A stretch of DNA of 64,000 nt from positions 130,496 through 194,495 of the forward strand of contig JAUICN010000005.1 of assembly GCA_030427835.1 (NCBI GenBank), given 5' to 3'. Shown here one piece after another: positions 46,005 through 55,621 of this stretch. The position numbers were made by a program, and so were the translations under genes. The stretch comes from Polyangia bacterium. Lineage in GTDB: Bacteria; Myxococcota_A; Polyangia; Polyangiales; JAUICN01. The notes below the pieces were generated by a model that was given only the letters and a program-made list of their open reading frames with translations, had not been told where the DNA came from and did no database searches. Positions within the stretch are counted from its first letter, which is position 1, and each line of letters opens with the position of its first letter.

Positions 46005-48137
46005 ATGCCCTTCGAACTTGTCAGCCACATGGCCCCCAAGGGCGACCAACCCAGAGCCGTGGAGCGCCTTGGAAAGTCGCTCGCGGATGGGCAACGCAGC
46101 CAGGTTCTTCTGGGCATCACGGGAAGCGGAAAAACGTTCACCATTGCCAACGTGATTGCGGCCCACGGGCGTCCAGCACTCATCATGGCCCCCAACAAAA
46201 CCCTAGCGGCTCAGTTGTTCGCGGAGATGAAGTCTCTCTTTCCCAACAACGCGGTGGAGTACTTCGTCAGCTACTACGACTACTACCAACCGGAAGCCTA
46301 CATCCCCACCACAGACACCTTCATCGAGAAGGACGCCATGATCAACGAGCAGATTGATCGCATGCGCCACAGCGCCACACGCTCCCTGCTCGCCCGTGAC
46401 GACGTCATCATCGTTTCCAGCGTTTCCTGCATCTACGGCATTGGCTCCGCGGAGTGGTACCGGGAAATGCTCGTGAATCTCAAGGTAGGTGAAGAGTTCC
46501 GCCGCGACGACCTGCTCATCCGGCTGGTGGACGTTCAGTACAATCGCAGCGACGCGGACTTCCATCGAGGAACCTTCCGTGTGCGAGGAGACGTGGTGGA
46601 GGTGTACCCCGCCCACGCCGAAAAAAGCGCCATTCGAATCGAGTACTGGGGCGACGAAATCGAACGCCTCCGTGAGATTAATCCCGTCACAGGTTCGGTC
46701 ATCTGCGATTTGGATGAATACAGCATCTTCCCCGGATCCCACTACGTCACGCCAGAAGAGCAGCGCCGAAAGGCCATCAGCAACATTCGCGAAGAACTGC
46801 AGCCGCGCCTACAAGAGCTGGAGGCGCAGGGCAAACTCCTGGAACGCCAGCGCCTGGAACAGCGCACCATGTTCGACCTGGAAATGCTGGAAGAAGTGGG
46901 TTTTTGCCACGGCATCGAAAACTACTCCCGTCACCTTTCCAAACGGTCTCCCGGCGAGCCTCCCCCCACGCTGCTCGACTACTTCCCCAAGGATTACCTG
47001 GCCATCATCGATGAATCCCACATCACCGTCTCCCAGATCGGCGGCATGTTCCGTGGGGATCGCGCCCGTAAGGAGGTGCTTGTCGAACACGGGTTTCGCC
47101 TTCCCAGCGCCCTGGACAATCGGCCCCTACAGTTTGACGAATGGAACGAACGGGTACACCAGGTCATCTTCGTGAGCGCCACCCCCGGGGACTACGAATT
47201 GGAACAGACCCAGGGTGAAATCGTGGAGCAGGTCATTCGCCCCACGGGCTTGCTCGACCCCGTCATCCACGTGCGTCCCGTGAGCCATCAGGTCGACGAT
47301 CTACTCAAGGAAATCCGCGTGCGCGTAGAACGCAACGAGCGGGTGCTTGTGACCACTCTCACCAAGCGCATGTCCGAAGATCTCACCGAGTACATGACCG
47401 AGGTCGGGGTCAAGGTGCGCTACCTGCACAGTGACATCGACACCCTGGAGCGCATCGAAATCCTCCGTGACTTGCGCACGGGTGAGTTCGATGTGCTCAT
47501 CGGCATCAACCTCCTGCGGGAGGGCCTGGACCTCCCAGAAGTTTCGCTCGTGGCCATCTTGGATGCCGACAAGGAGGGGTTTCTGCGTTCCGCCCGTTCC
47601 CTTGTGCAAACCATTGGCCGCGCCGCACGGAACGTTCACGGTGAAGTCGTCATGTACGCCGACCGAATCACCAAGGCCATGGACTACGCCCTGAGCGAAA
47701 CCCAACGTCGCCGGGCAGTGCAGCAGGCCTACAACACCGAACACGGCATCACCCCGGAGACCGTGCAGAACAAACTCAAGCACATGGAATTCGACGCCAC
47801 CTCCGGTCAACGTGACTACGTGGACGTGGCGCCTCGACTCAGTATGGCCGCGGACGGTGGGGCACTTCGCGGATTGGATGTAAACGGCCCCTCCGATCTC
47901 CAGGCAAGGATCCAAACGCTCCGGGCAGAGATGCTCGCCGCCGCAGAGCAATTGGACTTCGAAAAAGCAGCTTCACTTCGTGATGAACTTGAATCCATTC
48001 AGCAGGGCGCCTCCCAGGAGGAATCACCAAAACCAAAATCAGGGGGAGCCAAGGGCAAGGCCGCCCGCAAGAACACGGCACGCCGCAACGCCCGTTCCAA
48101 ATCCAAACCCCTCATCCAAGCCAGCCGCAAACGCTAG
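46005..48137 (+). CDS. uvrB: Excinuclease ABC subunit B
   Basis: [30 protein letters not shown] and the C-terminal UVR motif [11 protein letters not shown]. The ATG is at 46005. Confidence 0.95.
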   Translation: MPFELVSHMAPKGDQPRAVERLGKSLADGQRSQVLLGITGSGKTFTIANVIAAHGRPALIMAPNKTLAAQLFAEMKSLFPNNAVEYFVSYYDYYQPEAYIPTTDTFIEKDAMINEQIDRMRHSATRSLLARDDVIIVSSVSCIYGIGSAEWYREMLVNLKVGEEFRRDDLLIRLVDVQYNRSDADFHRGTFRVRGDVVEVYPAHAEKSAIRIEYWGDEIERLREINPVTGSVICDLDEYSIFPGSHYVTPEEQRRKAISNIREELQPRLQELEAQGKLLERQRLEQRTMFDLEMLEEVGFCHGIENYSRHLSKRSPGEPPPTLLDYFPKDYLAIIDESHITVSQIGGMFRGDRARKEVLVEHGFRLPSALDNRPLQFDEWNERVHQVIFVSATPGDYELEQTQGEIVEQVIRPTGLLDPVIHVRPVSHQVDDLLKEIRVRVERNERVLVTTLTKRMSEDLTEYMTEVGVKVRYLHSDIDTLERIEILRDLRTGEFDVLIGINLLREGLDLPEVSLVAILDADKEGFLRSARSLVQTIGRAARNVHGEVVMYADRITKAMDYALSETQRRRAVQQAYNTEHGITPETVQNKLKHMEFDATSGQRDYVDVAPRLSMAADGGALRGLDVNGPSDLQARIQTLRAEMLAAAEQLDFEKAASLRDELESIQQGASQEESPKPKSGGAKGKAARKNTARRNARSKSKPLIQASRKR

Positions 48138-48162
48138 ACCCAACGGGCCTAGGCGCGTTCGG

Positions 48163-49128
48163 CTAGGCGCCCTTAAACTCTTCTTCGGCGATCCAGCGCT
48201 CTGCGGACATGGCAGCCATGCAGCCCGTGCCTGCTGCAGTCACCGCCTGGCGCCACAACTTGTCCTGCACGTCACCACAGGCGTACACACCCGGAATGTT
48301 GGTCTCCACCGTGCCAGGCTTGGTCACAAGGTACCCGAGCTCGTCCTGATCCAGGATCCCCTTGAATACCTGGGAGTTCGGCACGTGACCAATGGCCACA
48401 AACAGCCCCTCAGTGGGGTGCAAGGTCTCTTCGCCAGTTTTCAGGTTCCTGAGCTTAAGTCCGTTCACCGTGCCCGCTTCCACGTCGAGCACATCTACCA
48501 CTTCCGTGTCCCAGATGAACGAAATCTTCTCATGCGCCTTGGCCCGAGCTTGCATGATCTGTGATGCGCGCAGCGTATCCCTACGGTGAATTACGGTGAC
48601 ACTCTTGCAAAGGCCGGCCAGATAGAGCGCCTCCTCCATGGCGGTGTCTCCACCTCCCACCACGCACACATCCTGGTTCCGGAAGAAAAAGCCGTCGCAG
48701 GTGGCGCATGCGCTCACACCCTTGTTCTGGAGCTTCTGTTCATTCTCCAACCCCAGCCACTTTGCGCTGGCCCCGGTGGAAATAATCACGGTTTGAGCAC
48801 GGTATTCCTTGCCGTCGGCCCACACGCCGAAAGGCTTCGATGAGAAATCCACCCGATCCACATCCTGGGTCACAAAACGGGTCTTGAAACGTTCCGCCTG
48901 ATCCCGAAACTTCTGCATCATCTCCGGGCCCTTGATCCCCTCCGGAAATCCGGGGTAGTTCTCCACCTCCGTGGTGATCATCAGCTGCCCACCAGGAATG
49001 CCGCCCACCACCAGGCCTTCAATACAGAGTGGGTTCAGGTTGGCCCGCGCCGCGTAGACCGCCGCAGTAAGCCCTGCAGGGCCAGAACCAATAATTAATA
49101 CCTTTTCGACTTCCGCGCTCATTGTCAT
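48163..49128 (-). CDS. trxB: Thioredoxin-disulfide reductase
   Basis: VLIIGSGPAGLTAAVYAARANL, redox-active CATCDG, and GGGDTAMEEALYL. Confidence 0.92.
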   Translation of the reverse strand: MTMSAEVEKVLIIGSGPAGLTAAVYAARANLNPLCIEGLVVGGIPGGQLMITTEVENYPGFPEGIKGPEMMQKFRDQAERFKTRFVTQDVDRVDFSSKPFGVWADGKEYRAQTVIISTGASAKWLGLENEQKLQNKGVSACATCDGFFFRNQDVCVVGGGDTAMEEALYLAGLCKSVTVIHRRDTLRASQIMQARAKAHEKISFIWDTEVVDVLDVEAGTVNGLKLRNLKTGEETLHPTEGLFVAIGHVPNSQVFKGILDQDELGYLVTKPGTVETNIPGVYACGDVQDKLWRQAVTAAGTGCMAAMSAERWIAEEEFKGA

Positions 49129-49182
49129 CCCCTCTTAGGGCAATCCTGGTCGGTTGCCCAACACCCTTAACTCCCCAATTTG

Positions 49183-49206
49183 AAAAAAAAACTGAGCCGG
49201 GCTCAG
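49183..49206 (-). terminator. Orphan minus-strand rho-independent terminator upstream of trxB
   Basis: On the minus strand, CTGAGCCCGGCTCAG is followed by T9. No annotated minus-strand gene ends here. Confidence 0.55.
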
Positions 49207-49567
49207 TGACACAGCCGTTTACACCGCGCAAGCGCGCCCAGCGCGCCCAGCGCTCCCTACTTGCAAAGCCTTCGATCCAAGGGATCCAAACAACTTGTCC
49301 CTCGCAAGCATTGCGTCTGCCCTGGCAGAGGTGTCCGGATTGGAAAATAGTGACGAAACTAACTTTTCTAACCCCAATTTCTGCTTCACAATCGGGAACT
49401 TCGTGATTGGGGGGTCCCGAATGGTAACTTTTTTCTCAAGGTTGGGGCCCCTTGATCCGAGTACCTAAATGAGGGACCGAAAATAGGGACTTCCGTAAAA
49501 GGAATCCCCATTGGATGATGGGAACAGGGTAACCAAAAACCGCACAACGTGCGACAGGGGGGGAAAT

Positions 49568-50218
49568 ATGAGAACAAGCATACTGGAAGTGGCAGAGGAC
49601 CTATTTGAACTGGACCCAGTTCAGGGATATCCACAACGTGGCGCAGAGCTCGTGGCCCGTGTGGCCGGCGCAACCAGCTTTCGGCTACGGTTGGCTGAGG
49701 ACGGCCGGGAGGTTTTTAGCGACCCCAAGCCCCCCTGGGACGCCATTCACATGACGTTGCCACTTCGCAACGGTCGTCAGGTCGTGGGGGAAATCGACCT
49801 TTACACCGCAGAGGGCGCCAGCCCCTGGGCAGAACAAATCGAGCAAACCCGTTGGGCTGCAGGGCTCTTTGCACGCGGCTTGGGTTACCTACAGCGCCTC
49901 GGTTCCGACCAAAGTCGTCGCATGGGTGAAAACGTGGAGGCTGCGCTTGCCCGTGCTCCACTTACGCCCCGCGAACGGCACGTCGTGTCGCTACTCGTAT
50001 CGGGTGCGTCCACCCGTGACATCGCCGATCGCAGCCAGCTCACCGTAGCGACTGTGAACACCTACTTGAAGCGAATCTTCTCCAAGCTTGGGGTCCACTC
50101 CCGCGTGGAGCTTGTGGCGCGCATGGCCGGCACAGAAGGAATGCCTGCTATTTCATCCACGCCGCGCGCTCGCACACAGGCCGCGGCATCCCCAATGGCG
50201 GAGTCCAGTCCCTCCTAA
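49568..50218 (+). CDS. LuxR-family transcriptional regulator (N-terminal sensor-like domain plus C-terminal HTH)
   Basis: LTPRERHVVSLLVSGASTRDIADRSQLTVATVNTYLKRIFSKLGVHSRVELV. ATG 49568 is preceded by a G-rich SD. Confidence 0.75.
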   Translation: MRTSILEVAEDLFELDPVQGYPQRGAELVARVAGATSFRLRLAEDGREVFSDPKPPWDAIHMTLPLRNGRQVVGEIDLYTAEGASPWAEQIEQTRWAAGLFARGLGYLQRLGSDQSRRMGENVEAALARAPLTPRERHVVSLLVSGASTRDIADRSQLTVATVNTYLKRIFSKLGVHSRVELVARMAGTEGMPAISSTPRARTQAAASPMAESSPS

Positions 50219-51802
50219 TTAGGAGCGTTTCCTAAACAACCCACGAACCCTTGTCAGGTCCTCCTGTCCAAGTTCGCGGGTCACCACCAACACGCCCAGG
50301 TAGGTAAACGTGGCAAGAGCCATGGTCCCAAGGGTGTGCAAGGGGTGGCCCGTGGGCAGGAGCACGGCCGTCCAATAGGCCGTGGTGCCAGCGAGCAGCA
50401 TGCGAGCAGTGGTCTTCCAGGTAGGGAGCGCGCCGAAACGCAGGTGCACCGCGAGCAAGCTTGCGCCAAGGGCCGTGGCCACCCCAGCCATGCTCCCAAG
50501 TGCGGTTCTCAGCAACGCTTCTTGCCCGTTCTCTGCTCCCCACAGCATGAACCGCACACCAAATACCAGTACACCCAGGCCAACCCCCGCCATGACAGCT
50601 GCGCTTCGGGCGTGTCCAGCCCCGCTCAGGGCGGTGGCGCACAGAACAAACACGGCGAGACCCGCCGCTGAAAATGCAAGCACCCGAAGAACACCCGCAC
50701 CGGCAACATAGGCGTCAGGGTAGGCAAGCCCCATCACGCCCTCGGCTGCCCCAGCCAATACGCTCGCCACCCCCGCAAGAAGCAGCAATGAAATCCGAAA
50801 CGCTGCCCGCAGCGTGTTTCGGGCCACGGCTTCATCGCCGGACCGTGTAGCCCTGGAGATCATGGGAAACACCACAAACGTCAGGCTCAACATCAGCTGG
50901 TAGGGCACAAACGCAAACTTTTGCCCAGCCGCGTAGTAGGCCGCGTATTCAGAAGCCTGCTGCGCCGCAAGGTTGCTCCTCAAGCCCCGTTCCAACAGTT
51001 GCTGCGTCCAGCCTGATTTGAACACCAAAACGTCGCTCAGCAAAAGGCCATTGAGGGCCAGCTGGTACAGGGCCAGGGGCACAAAGAGCCCCTGCCATGC
51101 CCCAAACCCCACCCCTGAGAACCCATCTTCTGGGGGTTCCACCGTTGAGGCATCCACTAAAGCTCCGTTGTGGCGGCGGCGCAGTCCACGCACCACAAAA
51201 ACGGACACCCCCAGGATCAATAGGGCCGCAATTGAAAACCCCATCACAGCTCCCAGGGCACCCCGGTGTTCTCTGATCCCGTAGGCAGCCATCCAGGCGG
51301 CGAGTCCCAGAACCAGTGCCGTACGCAGGGTTGAGAACGTCATGTCCAGCCGGGCCTGCACACCGAACGCCATACTGCCATTCACCGTACCCACCATCAC
51401 GGCGTACATGGAATAGCTCCACACAAGCAGCCCCACCCAGCGCAACAAGGGCACCAGGCTATCGTCCCGAAGCACGGTAGATGCCCACAACGTAGCTCCG
51501 CAGGTAAACAGCAAACCAAGCGCCGTGCCCAGCGTGCCGTGCCGCAACACCAGTTGGCGAACCCCCTTCCACGTAAACCCGTGCCGCTCACTCACCAACT
51601 TGCTCACGGTTTGCACAGTGGCCGCGATAAGCACGTTGTTCACAATCGAAGCAAAGCTCACAACGATGGAATACCTGCCAAAATCTTCCGCAGAGAGAAG
51701 CCTGGGAAGCACCAAGTGCACCGCGTAGCTTGAGACCACAAAATAGGCCTTTGCCACCGCAATTGTCAGCGCCCCCCGCCCCGCTGCCTTCGCGGTGACC
51801 AT
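50219..51802 (-). CDS. Polysaccharide biosynthesis/MOP-superfamily flippase-like membrane protein
   Basis: About 12-14 predicted TM segments in a Wzx/MurJ-like pattern. ATG 51802 lies 2 nt after the upstream gene's stop. Confidence 0.55.
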   Translation of the reverse strand: MVTAKAAGRGALTIAVAKAYFVVSSYAVHLVLPRLLSAEDFGRYSIVVSFASIVNNVLIAATVQTVSKLVSERHGFTWKGVRQLVLRHGTLGTALGLLFTCGATLWASTVLRDDSLVPLLRWVGLLVWSYSMYAVMVGTVNGSMAFGVQARLDMTFSTLRTALVLGLAAWMAAYGIREHRGALGAVMGFSIAALLILGVSVFVVRGLRRRHNGALVDASTVEPPEDGFSGVGFGAWQGLFVPLALYQLALNGLLLSDVLVFKSGWTQQLLERGLRSNLAAQQASEYAAYYAAGQKFAFVPYQLMLSLTFVVFPMISRATRSGDEAVARNTLRAAFRISLLLLAGVASVLAGAAEGVMGLAYPDAYVAGAGVLRVLAFSAAGLAVFVLCATALSGAGHARSAAVMAGVGLGVLVFGVRFMLWGAENGQEALLRTALGSMAGVATALGASLLAVHLRFGALPTWKTTARMLLAGTTAYWTAVLLPTGHPLHTLGTMALATFTYLGVLVVTRELGQEDLTRVRGLFRKRS

Positions 51803-51804
51803 CC

Positions 51805-52578
51805 CTACCCTGCAGGTCGTCGATGGGTCTTGTACACAGAAAGGACCCACTTCCCCGCAGGGTGTTGGCGGAACTCGTTCATCCTGTCCCGAAGCCCATC
51901 GGGCAGCTCATCCACGTGAGGTAGTGAATAACCCTGGGGCGGAGGTGCCTCATTTGGGGGCAGAACCAAGGGCGCAGAAAGGGCCGCAAAAGTCAGGTCC
52001 GCAGTTGTAAACGCCTCACCCCCAATAAACGGGCGTCCGTCTTCTAGCAGTCGAGCCACATCGTCAAAGGTTTCCATGATTGCATCCCTGGCTCGAAGCG
52101 CATTGTCCTCGCTTAGGTTGAAAGCCTTAGAAATCACTTGCCGTATCACAGGTTTCCCAAGATACAGAAGTGTTCTTTCGTGCCACGGAGCGCCCACGTT
52201 GTTGTACTTCATGAGCAACGACATCTCCGGTAGGAACCACCAGTAGGCCAGGTTGCGCACCTTCTTGCCGTACCGATCCGCAAGGCGTGAATCCCAGGAT
52301 TCGACAAGCTCCAACGCCTGGGGATCGGTGGGCAGCAACTTCCGATCCGCCGGGGCCTGCTCACTTGCAAATCGCACGATGTCCCTGGAGTCCGTCAGCG
52401 ATTCGCCCGAGTCCATCACCAGCACGGGCACCGTTCGTTTCCCCCCCGCTCGCCGCACATGGGGGATCTGAAAAAACTGCAGGTGCCGTTCCTCCTTAAA
52501 AGGAACGCCGCAGTACTCCAGCGCCCACCGTGCCCGCTCACTGTAGTGACTGATGGGAAAGGTAATCAATCGATGCAT
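51805..52578 (-). CDS. Glutathione S-transferase family protein
   Basis: MHRLITFPISHYSERARWALEYCGVPF...VPVLV shows a thioredoxin-like GST N-domain. GGAG SD before ATG 52578. Confidence 0.6.
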   Translation of the reverse strand: MHRLITFPISHYSERARWALEYCGVPFKEERHLQFFQIPHVRRAGGKRTVPVLVMDSGESLTDSRDIVRFASEQAPADRKLLPTDPQALELVESWDSRLADRYGKKVRNLAYWWFLPEMSLLMKYNNVGAPWHERTLLYLGKPVIRQVISKAFNLSEDNALRARDAIMETFDDVARLLEDGRPFIGGEAFTTADLTFAALSAPLVLPPNEAPPPQGYSLPHVDELPDGLRDRMNEFRQHPAGKWVLSVYKTHRRPAG

Positions 52579-52617
52579 GAAAGTCTCCATACACCAATCC
52601 ACACCGAACCGCGAACA

Positions 52618-53532
52618 TCAAAGCCCCAGTAGGCCAAGTGCGTCACTTTCCCAGGGCTTCCAATCCGTTACGCTTGGATCGTTGTTGAGCTCCTGCAGTA
52701 GGCCACTTAGGAGTGCCTTGGGATCCTTTCTAGCACTCCGCAGTTCTGCCAACGTGGTGGCCTGTTCACGTTTGGAAAACTTGCGTCCGTCGCCGTTCCG
52801 CAGAAGGGGAACATGCATGTATTTGGGTGATTTCGCGCCAAGAGCGGCAAACACTGCCCGTTGTCGTGGCGTGGACGGCAGTAGATCCTCTCCCCTCACC
52901 ACTTCCGTCACACCCAGTGCAAGATCATCGACCACGGTGGCAAGCTGATAGGCCCAAAGCCCATCGGTCCGTTGCAGCACAAAGTCACCACCCCACTCCG
53001 CGCCATCCACGTTTCCAGCCCAGCCGTCCACAAACGCCTCCACGGGTTCGCGCATCATGAACCTCCAGGATGCGCCATCCTGGGGTACGTACGCTGGCAA
53101 GGTTGATCCCCTATTTGTATCCCTGGGCCGGCAGGTTCCCGGGTACCGAACGCCAAGCCCCTCCACCCCATGGGGTGCGGTCGCCGCCTGTTCAATATCC
53201 TTCCGTGAGCAGGTGCAAGGGTAGGTCCAGCCCTTCGCGGTCAACCTTTGCAGCGCCTGCGCATAGATCTCAAAACGTTTGCTCTGGTACACGGGAGCAC
53301 CATCCCAGGTGAGGCCGAGCCATTCCAGATCCCGAAGTGTTTCGTCCACATAGGCCTGCCGTACCCGTGGCCCATCCAGATCATCCACTCGCAGCAACAG
53401 CGAGCCCCCGGCTTCCCTGGCGCGCAACCAAGCAAGCAAAAACGTCCGCCCGTGCCCCCGGTGCAGACCCCCGGATGGCGTTGGCGCCATCCGCCCCACG
53501 TACTTCACAGCGTTCGTCACATCGAGCTCCAT
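52618..53532 (-). CDS. gluQ: tRNA glutamyl-Q(34) synthetase (GluQRS)
   Basis: GRMAPTPSGGLHRGH, RVDDLDGPR, YPCTCSR, LATVVDDLALGVTEVVRGEDL and KFSKR motifs. Confidence 0.85.
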   Translation of the reverse strand: MELDVTNAVKYVGRMAPTPSGGLHRGHGRTFLLAWLRAREAGGSLLLRVDDLDGPRVRQAYVDETLRDLEWLGLTWDGAPVYQSKRFEIYAQALQRLTAKGWTYPCTCSRKDIEQAATAPHGVEGLGVRYPGTCRPRDTNRGSTLPAYVPQDGASWRFMMREPVEAFVDGWAGNVDGAEWGGDFVLQRTDGLWAYQLATVVDDLALGVTEVVRGEDLLPSTPRQRAVFAALGAKSPKYMHVPLLRNGDGRKFSKREQATTLAELRSARKDPKALLSGLLQELNNDPSVTDWKPWESDALGLLGL

Positions 53533-53540
53533 CCGTGTCC

Positions 53541-53556
53541 TGGCACGATCCCTGCA
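53541..53556 (+). promoter_or_regulatory. Sigma-54-type -24/-12 promoter-like element (TGGCACG-atcc-CTGCA)
   Basis: GG at 53542-43 and GC at 53554-55, 10 nt apart. The element lies 28 nt upstream of ATG 53584. Confidence 0.55.
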
Positions 53557-53583
53557 AAACCATATCAGCAAAAGGCCCCCCCA

Positions 53584-55458
53584 ATGCCAAACCCCCCAAT
53601 TGCCCTCATAAAACTCACACGGGTCGCCCTCGCTGCGACATTTTTCACCGCCTGCCTGGGGCCCACAGACCTGAGTGAACAGATTAAGAACGTCGACTCC
53701 ATGGCCGCAGCGCCGGCACCCATGGGGATCATGGTCCTGGCAGACCCGTCTGAACTAGCTGCCCTAAATGGCGTTGGAAAACGCCCAGAGTTTTCAGCGG
53801 CGGAGTTTCATCGCCAAACCATGGAACAGGCGTTTGTTCCTGAATCCACTTCCCGGCAGTACAACCCGGAGGTCGTCCTAGTCAGCAAAGCCTGTGCAGA
53901 CCCGCAATCGCTCAAGTGCATTGCCTACGGCTTGCAGCGCTTCATGGGCATGTACCCCGAATCGGTCACCCAAGAGACCCTAAGCGAGCTCAATCGCCTG
54001 TACCACAAGCAACATCAAGCATTGACAACCGACCTCAATAGCAGCGCGCAGTACATCGCAGCCAAGTATGGAACAGCCCCACGGATGGAAGAACTTCGGG
54101 AAGAACTCGGCCGGCTCACCCTGGCGCACCACACAGGAAAGCTCGACGAGATGGCGGTGCCCTACAGATCCCTGTCCGAGCTATCGAACAACGAACCCAC
54201 CATGGACGACGTGGCCTTTTTGTTTGGCGCCATCCAGGACCTATCCAAGTTGCACGCGAAAATCCTTCGCGCCGATAGCAACGCAGAGCTTCGGGCGCTT
54301 TGGGACCTGGTGAACATCACAGGCTTTGTGATCCCCTTTGAGGCACCGGTATTGGCCGCAGCTTCTGAGGCGTGGCGATGGCTTCGTTTGACCGCAGAAC
54401 TTGCGGGTGAGCTCATTCCCCTGGGGGTCACCCAATCCATCAAGACAGGCGTCGGTCATATGGTCTACGCCACCCGGAAATCCATCAACACCCTAGGGCG
54501 CATCCGCGTCACCTGGGATCAGGAGGTCTTTCACCGCCTCCACATGGGCCTACCCATCCCCTTCAAGCTCACCCTCAAACCGGCTGCCATGGGCAGGGGC
54601 CGTTTCAGCGACGCCTACAAACGGTTTGCACAGGAGGCGCAAATGGCCTCCAGTCGTGATGATTTGATCCGTATTGCTGAAACGCACAACAACCCGATCG
54701 CAAAGGGCTCCTATTCCATCGTGGTGCCGCGAGGAAACGGCACGGTCATCAAGATTGCGACCGACAGCCGGTGGGACGGCCAGGCCGCAAGGGCACTGGA
54801 AACAGCGGTACAAGGTTTGAAGATCAGTGCTGAGATGGGCTACCGGGTTCCCGCCAAAGTCAGCAAGGTCACCCACTACCTCATGCGGGCATCCAACGGC
54901 ACGCAAACACCCGCGGCATCCATCACCATGCAAGAGATCATCTCCACCGGAAACCCCATCTACGGGGCAGGTCGCAACCCCGTGCTCGGTGCCATCCACC
55001 AGGCGTACCACCGCGGAATTCACGAAGCGCTTGTGGAGCCCCTGGCCAAGGAACTTTCACGGCGAGGTTTTGAACCCGATCTATGGCCTCGAAACACCAT
55101 ATTCGCAGGCAACTTCAAAAAGTATTTACAGCAAGTGGCCGACCTGTTTTCGAGCACCACAAACTCCCTTTGGTACTTCAAACCCACGGTCGAGTCCCCA
55201 CTTCGCAATATGGGCACGTCCACTGGGGATAGGCTCCTAAAAAATGTTCAGACCTTCGTTTCAGGAGGCCGCCTTTCGGCCGCGGAAGAAAGGTGGGTGG
55301 TGAACCAATTTGGAGATCGCTACTGGACCAACGATGCCGCTGAAATCCTTCTCAACGTCATGACGCGGGAGGTCTACGTCGCTCCCACCAACATCCCGCC
55401 AACGCTCTTCAAGGAACTCCGTGATGCCTGGGTCATCGTGGACCCTGTCGTGCCATGA
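53584..55458 (+). CDS. Lipoprotein, family B paralog 1, with a C-terminal protein-kinase-like motif set
   Basis: ATG 53584 gives MPNPPIALIKLTRVALAATFFTAC. The C-terminal region carries KGSYSIVV..GTVIKIA, ALETAV, FEPDLWPRN and VADLF motifs. The ORF-track start at 53248 lies antisense inside gluQ. Confidence 0.7.
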   Translation: MPNPPIALIKLTRVALAATFFTACLGPTDLSEQIKNVDSMAAAPAPMGIMVLADPSELAALNGVGKRPEFSAAEFHRQTMEQAFVPESTSRQYNPEVVLVSKACADPQSLKCIAYGLQRFMGMYPESVTQETLSELNRLYHKQHQALTTDLNSSAQYIAAKYGTAPRMEELREELGRLTLAHHTGKLDEMAVPYRSLSELSNNEPTMDDVAFLFGAIQDLSKLHAKILRADSNAELRALWDLVNITGFVIPFEAPVLAAASEAWRWLRLTAELAGELIPLGVTQSIKTGVGHMVYATRKSINTLGRIRVTWDQEVFHRLHMGLPIPFKLTLKPAAMGRGRFSDAYKRFAQEAQMASSRDDLIRIAETHNNPIAKGSYSIVVPRGNGTVIKIATDSRWDGQAARALETAVQGLKISAEMGYRVPAKVSKVTHYLMRASNGTQTPAASITMQEIISTGNPIYGAGRNPVLGAIHQAYHRGIHEALVEPLAKELSRRGFEPDLWPRNTIFAGNFKKYLQQVADLFSSTTNSLWYFKPTVESPLRNMGTSTGDRLLKNVQTFVSGGRLSAAEERWVVNQFGDRYWTNDAAEILLNVMTREVYVAPTNIPPTLFKELRDAWVIVDPVVP

Positions 55459-55591
55459 GTCGCGTGATCGGCTTGAGAGCATCGAGAAACCGGTCGAGTG
55501 GTCTGGGCCGCAGTGGCCACCGGGTTGCAATATGGCTCCGCCGAGCCTGTCCCTGATGGGGAAATCTTCCAAAGGTCCGTGGTTTTCCGCT

Positions 55592-55607
55592 TGGCATGAA
55601 GGGTGCT
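55592..55607 (+). promoter_or_regulatory. Sigma-54-type -24/-12 promoter-like element (TGGCATG-aagg-GTGCT)
   Basis: GG at 55593-94 and GC at 55605-06, 10 nt apart. The element lies 15 nt upstream of ATG 55622. Confidence 0.45.
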
Positions 55608-55621
55608 TGGGCATCCTTCCC

